64,000 nt of DNA from an uncultured delta proteobacterium. GTDB lineage: Bacteria; Desulfobacterota; Desulfomonilia; Desulfomonilales; Desulfomonilaceae. The notes under the pieces were generated by a model, which was not told the DNA's origin, made no database searches, and saw nothing but the letters and a program-made list of their open reading frames with translations. Numbering within the stretch: the first letter of the stretch is position 1; each line of letters opens with the position of its first letter. Location of the stretch: the NCBI GenBank assembly GCA_963789265.1, contig CAWBKB010000001.1, positions 1,856,001 through 1,920,000 on the forward strand. Reading direction: 5' to 3'. Made by a program: the position numbers and the translations under genes. This document shows positions 60,410 to 64,000 of this stretch, one piece after another.

Positions 60410-62096
60410 TCAGAAGCTGAAACTCATTGTGCACTGGCCTGCGAAAATAGGATCAATGCTCCGGCCCGGATTGGTGCCCCAGTAGTTGCCGGCACCAGGG
60501 AAGTTCCAGCCGGGTACGGCTCTATCTATACAGGCATAGCTGAACCATTTCCCGGGTTGCCAGCAACCCGCGAGAAATTCAAGAGTCCATCCTTCCAACC
60601 ACTCCCAGTCCACTCCGGCATTTACCTCCCATCCCAGAGCGGTATCCGGAATATTAGGCGAACCCGCGGCCCCGTTTACTGCAAACTGGATGTTTCCGTC
60701 GTTTGCTGTGGGTACAAACTGGGCAGGCATCAAAGCGTCATTGGGGGCTATGCAGGCCCAGCCGTACCCGTTGGCGGTCCGCTCCGCCCAGAGGAAGGTC
60801 CCGAACACATTCAGGTTTGCAGCCACAGCATAATCCAGTCTCGCCCCGAGCACCCAGGCATCCCGCAAATAGCCGTCCAGAGAGAGGTTATAAGCATTGA
60901 AACCTCCTCCATAGTTGTAGCTCAGGATGAAACTGTACGGTCTGAACACATCAAAATTCCCAAGGAGAGTGTCATAGGTGGGGTGCCATACGAATGCCGC
61001 GGATTGCTTGCCGATCAAGGCCGAGTTCCTCCGGTCGGGCCCGGGGGTCCAAGCATATAGGAAAGAAAGCTTTGCCGGTCCGCAGAACACGCCCGTCTCA
61101 GCCATATAACGCCATTGCTCCGTGTCCCTCGGGTTGGGAAGGTGATTAAAAGCGCCGACCCCGGACAGCCGATCTTCCCAATACAGCCAGGCAGCCTCTG
61201 AATTGAAAAAGAACCGACCGTTGTTGTACTTTTCGTAAACCGTTCCGTGAAAATACCCCGAATCCTGACCGAAATCAGGAGCTGGCACCAGGGGCGGCAC
61301 TGGCGCGCCACGTAATTGGGCCTCCGGGCCAATGTGGTACCCCCCGTATGCTGCGAGAATACCCGCCTGAAACGGCCCGTTGTTATATACCGCGTAAGAC
61401 AGTACGTCATTGGTGATCACACCGCTCTTGTCCGCGTGATTGAAGTACGGTGCTGCAATGAGATCGTACGGATCGATGATGATGGTCTGCCCCACGCGTG
61501 CAGGTCTGTGTGAATAAAACGCGACACCGATGTCGAGCGGTCCGTAGGGAGCATTCAAAACTATGGACTCCGTCGTAAGGCCGTCGGAACCGTCATACTG
61601 TAGGCCCGTTCCGAATTTCCACCGCCTCTTACCTATTCCGAACGTGCCCCAGGGCAGGGAAGCAGTAGCCCAGAACATGGTAAATTGGGCTTCGCTGAAA
61701 GCGTTGTCGGTGCCGAGTGCGTCTTGGGTGAAATAATAGCCGGCCTGGGGAACGTTCCATTGCCCCAGGCGGAATCTACCTTGAAGCTTTATAGCCGGAT
61801 TGATATTTATCACCGGGTCGAAAACGCCATAAATGTACAGATCTACTTGCGTCCTGACCGGTGACGAGGTTTTGCGCTAATCTTGCTCCATTCCACCAGT
61901 AATTGAGATTTGCTGTTGTCGTACCGGCTCCCCTGTCGACGTTGTACGGTCCGAAAAAGCCGTTGGGACCCGACTGGTTATAGAACTCATGGGTCCACGT
62001 CAACGAGCCGGTCATCTGGAATTCCCACCCCAGAGCGGGAACAGCACCAAAAAGCACAACCGCGAACACTGCCAACACGTGCCTGACTCTAATCAT
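60410..62096 (-). CDS. Outer-membrane beta-barrel protein (porin-like); +1 frameshift near 61838
   Basis: Signal peptide ending PALG/WEF; aromatic- and Gly-rich amphipathic strands; C-terminal MSFSF; ORFs 61776..62138 and 60410..61813 join with one base removed. Confidence 0.75.
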
Positions 62097-62596
62097 AACC
62101 CCATCCCTCCAAGTCGACCTCACTCGGTCTAATTTCATTTCATAAACAAATCACCAGAGATCTCGCGAGAGATCCCCAAACCGGAACCCTGACATGGCGA
62201 GGGCTCACAGAGTTTAAAATGCCTTTTATTAGTTGAACGTTAAACAGTATACAATAAGTGTGCCGCTGCACAAACCACAAACACAACCACGTGGAATAAT
62301 TGTCACCAATAGGCTGGTGGCCGCTATAATAGAGTCCGAGGCCGGACAACAAACCTACCTGCATGTACTATTACGTGCTGTCCCTACCTGTAGGTATGAT
62401 TTCATCTCTTGCTGAAGAGCCTGGTTTTCGACTTCCGAGCCGTTTACTCCAATCTACAGTCCGGCCGGCTAACAATTGTCAGACAGAGCCGTGGAACCAC
62501 GGCCCTCATACGTCCGGGCGTGGCACGGGATGACTGAATGGGCACCGATCATTCCCAAGCGTTTAGTTACGAGCGGTAAATGACTGTCATTGCGCC

Positions 62597-62663
62597 GTGG
62601 GGCGGACTTCCCAGTCCGCCAAATCTGAGATGAGAAACCGCAGACTGGAAAGTCTGCGCCACG
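62597..62663. repeat. REP-like inverted pair
   Basis: GTGGGGCGGACTTCCCAGTCCGCC ... GCAGACTGGAAAGTCTGCGCCAC. Confidence 0.55.
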
Positions 62664-63034
62664 AGCCAAATAGTAAGGAGTGCAATTTGATCCGTTGGAC
62701 GGGCCTCTTTCCCAGTTGGGATGCCCCGCGCGGAACGCGGAATTGCCGGGAAAAGGGAGCATCGTGCTACGAATTTGGTCCAAGCTTCGATTTTGAGACG
62801 GCCTCTTCCAGCTTGCCGTCAGCCAGTTATGAAAGAGGCAAACTGAAAAGTCTGCTCCACTTAAGCCAATGCTCACCGACCATTCGCCGAATCACCTTGA
62901 CCGACTGTCAATTTCCGTATATAAGAGACCTATCCTAAGTTTATTGCAATGTTGCCTTTCTAGCCTAGGGACCCTACTTGCCCATCTAGGGGTACTGTTG
63001 CTAATCCAGGCACCTTAGATTTTAAAGGGAGAAA

Positions 63035-64000
63035 ATGGATCATCGAGTTCGACCGCGGTTGACATCTTGGGTGCTTTTAGTAGCTGTTGTTCTTCTCCTC
63101 CCTGACCTGACCAATGCGCAGGATCTGTTCGTAAGCCGTTTGGCGGCCTTCCCCTTCTTGGGTGGCGCACCGGCCGAGCGGTTCGGCGGAGAGCCGGGAA
63201 CAACGATTAGCGCACCGCTCACTTTTTATGCCGGATGGGGAGCAGACTCAAAAGCCACCACGCTTTCCTTTAACCTTCGGCACCCAAGCTCCGGCCCATT
63301 TGCGGACGACCTGTTGTCAATAAAGAACTCTTACCCGGTTAGAGGGCTTTGGCTGGGCCACGCGGCTCAAATGAACCTTTGGGGGGGAATAGGGCTCTTT
63401 GGCGATTATTGGGTCCTTGTCCCCACTAACAAGCCGGCTGACGAGACTTTCTCCTTCACCGATGCACCGTCAGGGGGCAAAACGTGGGGCACGGACACCG
63501 CCTGGTGGTTTACAGATGCAGCCTTGACTTGCCAAACCTGTGGGCTCGGCGAGTTGCTCGCTGGTTTTCGCTATGATCGCTTCGAGACAAGCTTTAAGGA
63601 CCCGGGCAATTTTTTTGGCCCGATTGGATCGTCATCCAATACGGGTGACGTCACCATCAATTGTTACATCCCCTTTGTCGGTGTTCAAACGGACCAGGGA
63701 ACACCGGGTGGGAGCCGCCTCATGTTCAGGGTCATCGGATTCCCCTGGTTGGGGGGTGACGTGATATACCATGACTCAATCGGCAACTTCACTGTATTAA
63801 CGCAGGATAGGATTGAACTGGAAAAGGGAGTTGGGAAGGGCTATTTTCTGGAAGCCTTTGCAGAATACGGCCAAGCTGTCTTTAGCGGCGCAACCGTGAG
63901 CGTGTTTGGCAGATGGAACTTGCTGCACGGAAGTGCAAATCGAATTGACATTACCGATGTGTTTGGCGGGACGCCCCTGACCGGCGAGTACCAGTTTGCG
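63035..64000 (+). CDS. Putative outer-membrane beta-barrel / exported protein, 3' truncated by window edge (not in ORF track)
   Basis: Open frame from ATG 63035 (SD aagggag) to the end: MDHRVRPRLTSWVLLVAVVLLLPDLTNAQ... RGLWLG... LAGFRYD... YIPFVGVQ... GYFLEAFAEY. Confidence 0.75.
   Translation, partial: MDHRVRPRLTSWVLLVAVVLLLPDLTNAQDLFVSRLAAFPFLGGAPAERFGGEPGTTISAPLTFYAGWGADSKATTLSFNLRHPSSGPFADDLLSIKNSYPVRGLWLGHAAQMNLWGGIGLFGDYWVLVPTNKPADETFSFTDAPSGGKTWGTDTAWWFTDAALTCQTCGLGELLAGFRYDRFETSFKDPGNFFGPIGSSSNTGDVTINCYIPFVGVQTDQGTPGGSRLMFRVIGFPWLGGDVIYHDSIGNFTVLTQDRIELEKGVGKGYFLEAFAEYGQAVFSGATVSVFGRWNLLHGSANRIDITDVFGGTPLTGEYQFA

Overview
Bacterial DNA of roughly mid-50s % GC (by eye). Gene content suggests an anaerobic deltaproteobacterium (Desulfobacterota, possibly Desulfomonile-like; inference only). 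Bases 1-25139 form a co-oriented catabolic island: acetophenone-carboxylase/hydantoinase-like subunits, a Tm-1-like protein, an HMG-CoA-synthase-like/DUF35 fusion, thiolase, CoA ligase, MFS, two paralogous acyl-CoA dehydrogenases, two SDRs, a cysteine amidohydrolase, Mop-type aldehyde oxidoreductase, an LMW phosphatase, a COG1233 flavoprotein, and the two halves of a split PEP-synthase-like (phenylphosphate-synthase-type) kinase. The island is interrupted by an IS1182 nested in an IS1182-derived MITE. Downstream are an IS630, a beta-oxidation operon, and a divergent pair of selenoprotein genes that the ORF track splits or truncates (an ArsM-like methyltransferase and a signal-peptide-bearing peroxiredoxin, each with an in-frame UGA and a SECIS-like hairpin). 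Then come toxin-antitoxin loci with dead toxins, addBA, a LuxR/CocE/MFS module whose hydrolase has Cys in place of the Ser nucleophile, and two outer-membrane beta-barrel genes. Six genes carry single +1 frameshifts that look like sequencing errors. No rRNA, tRNA or CRISPR array was seen.
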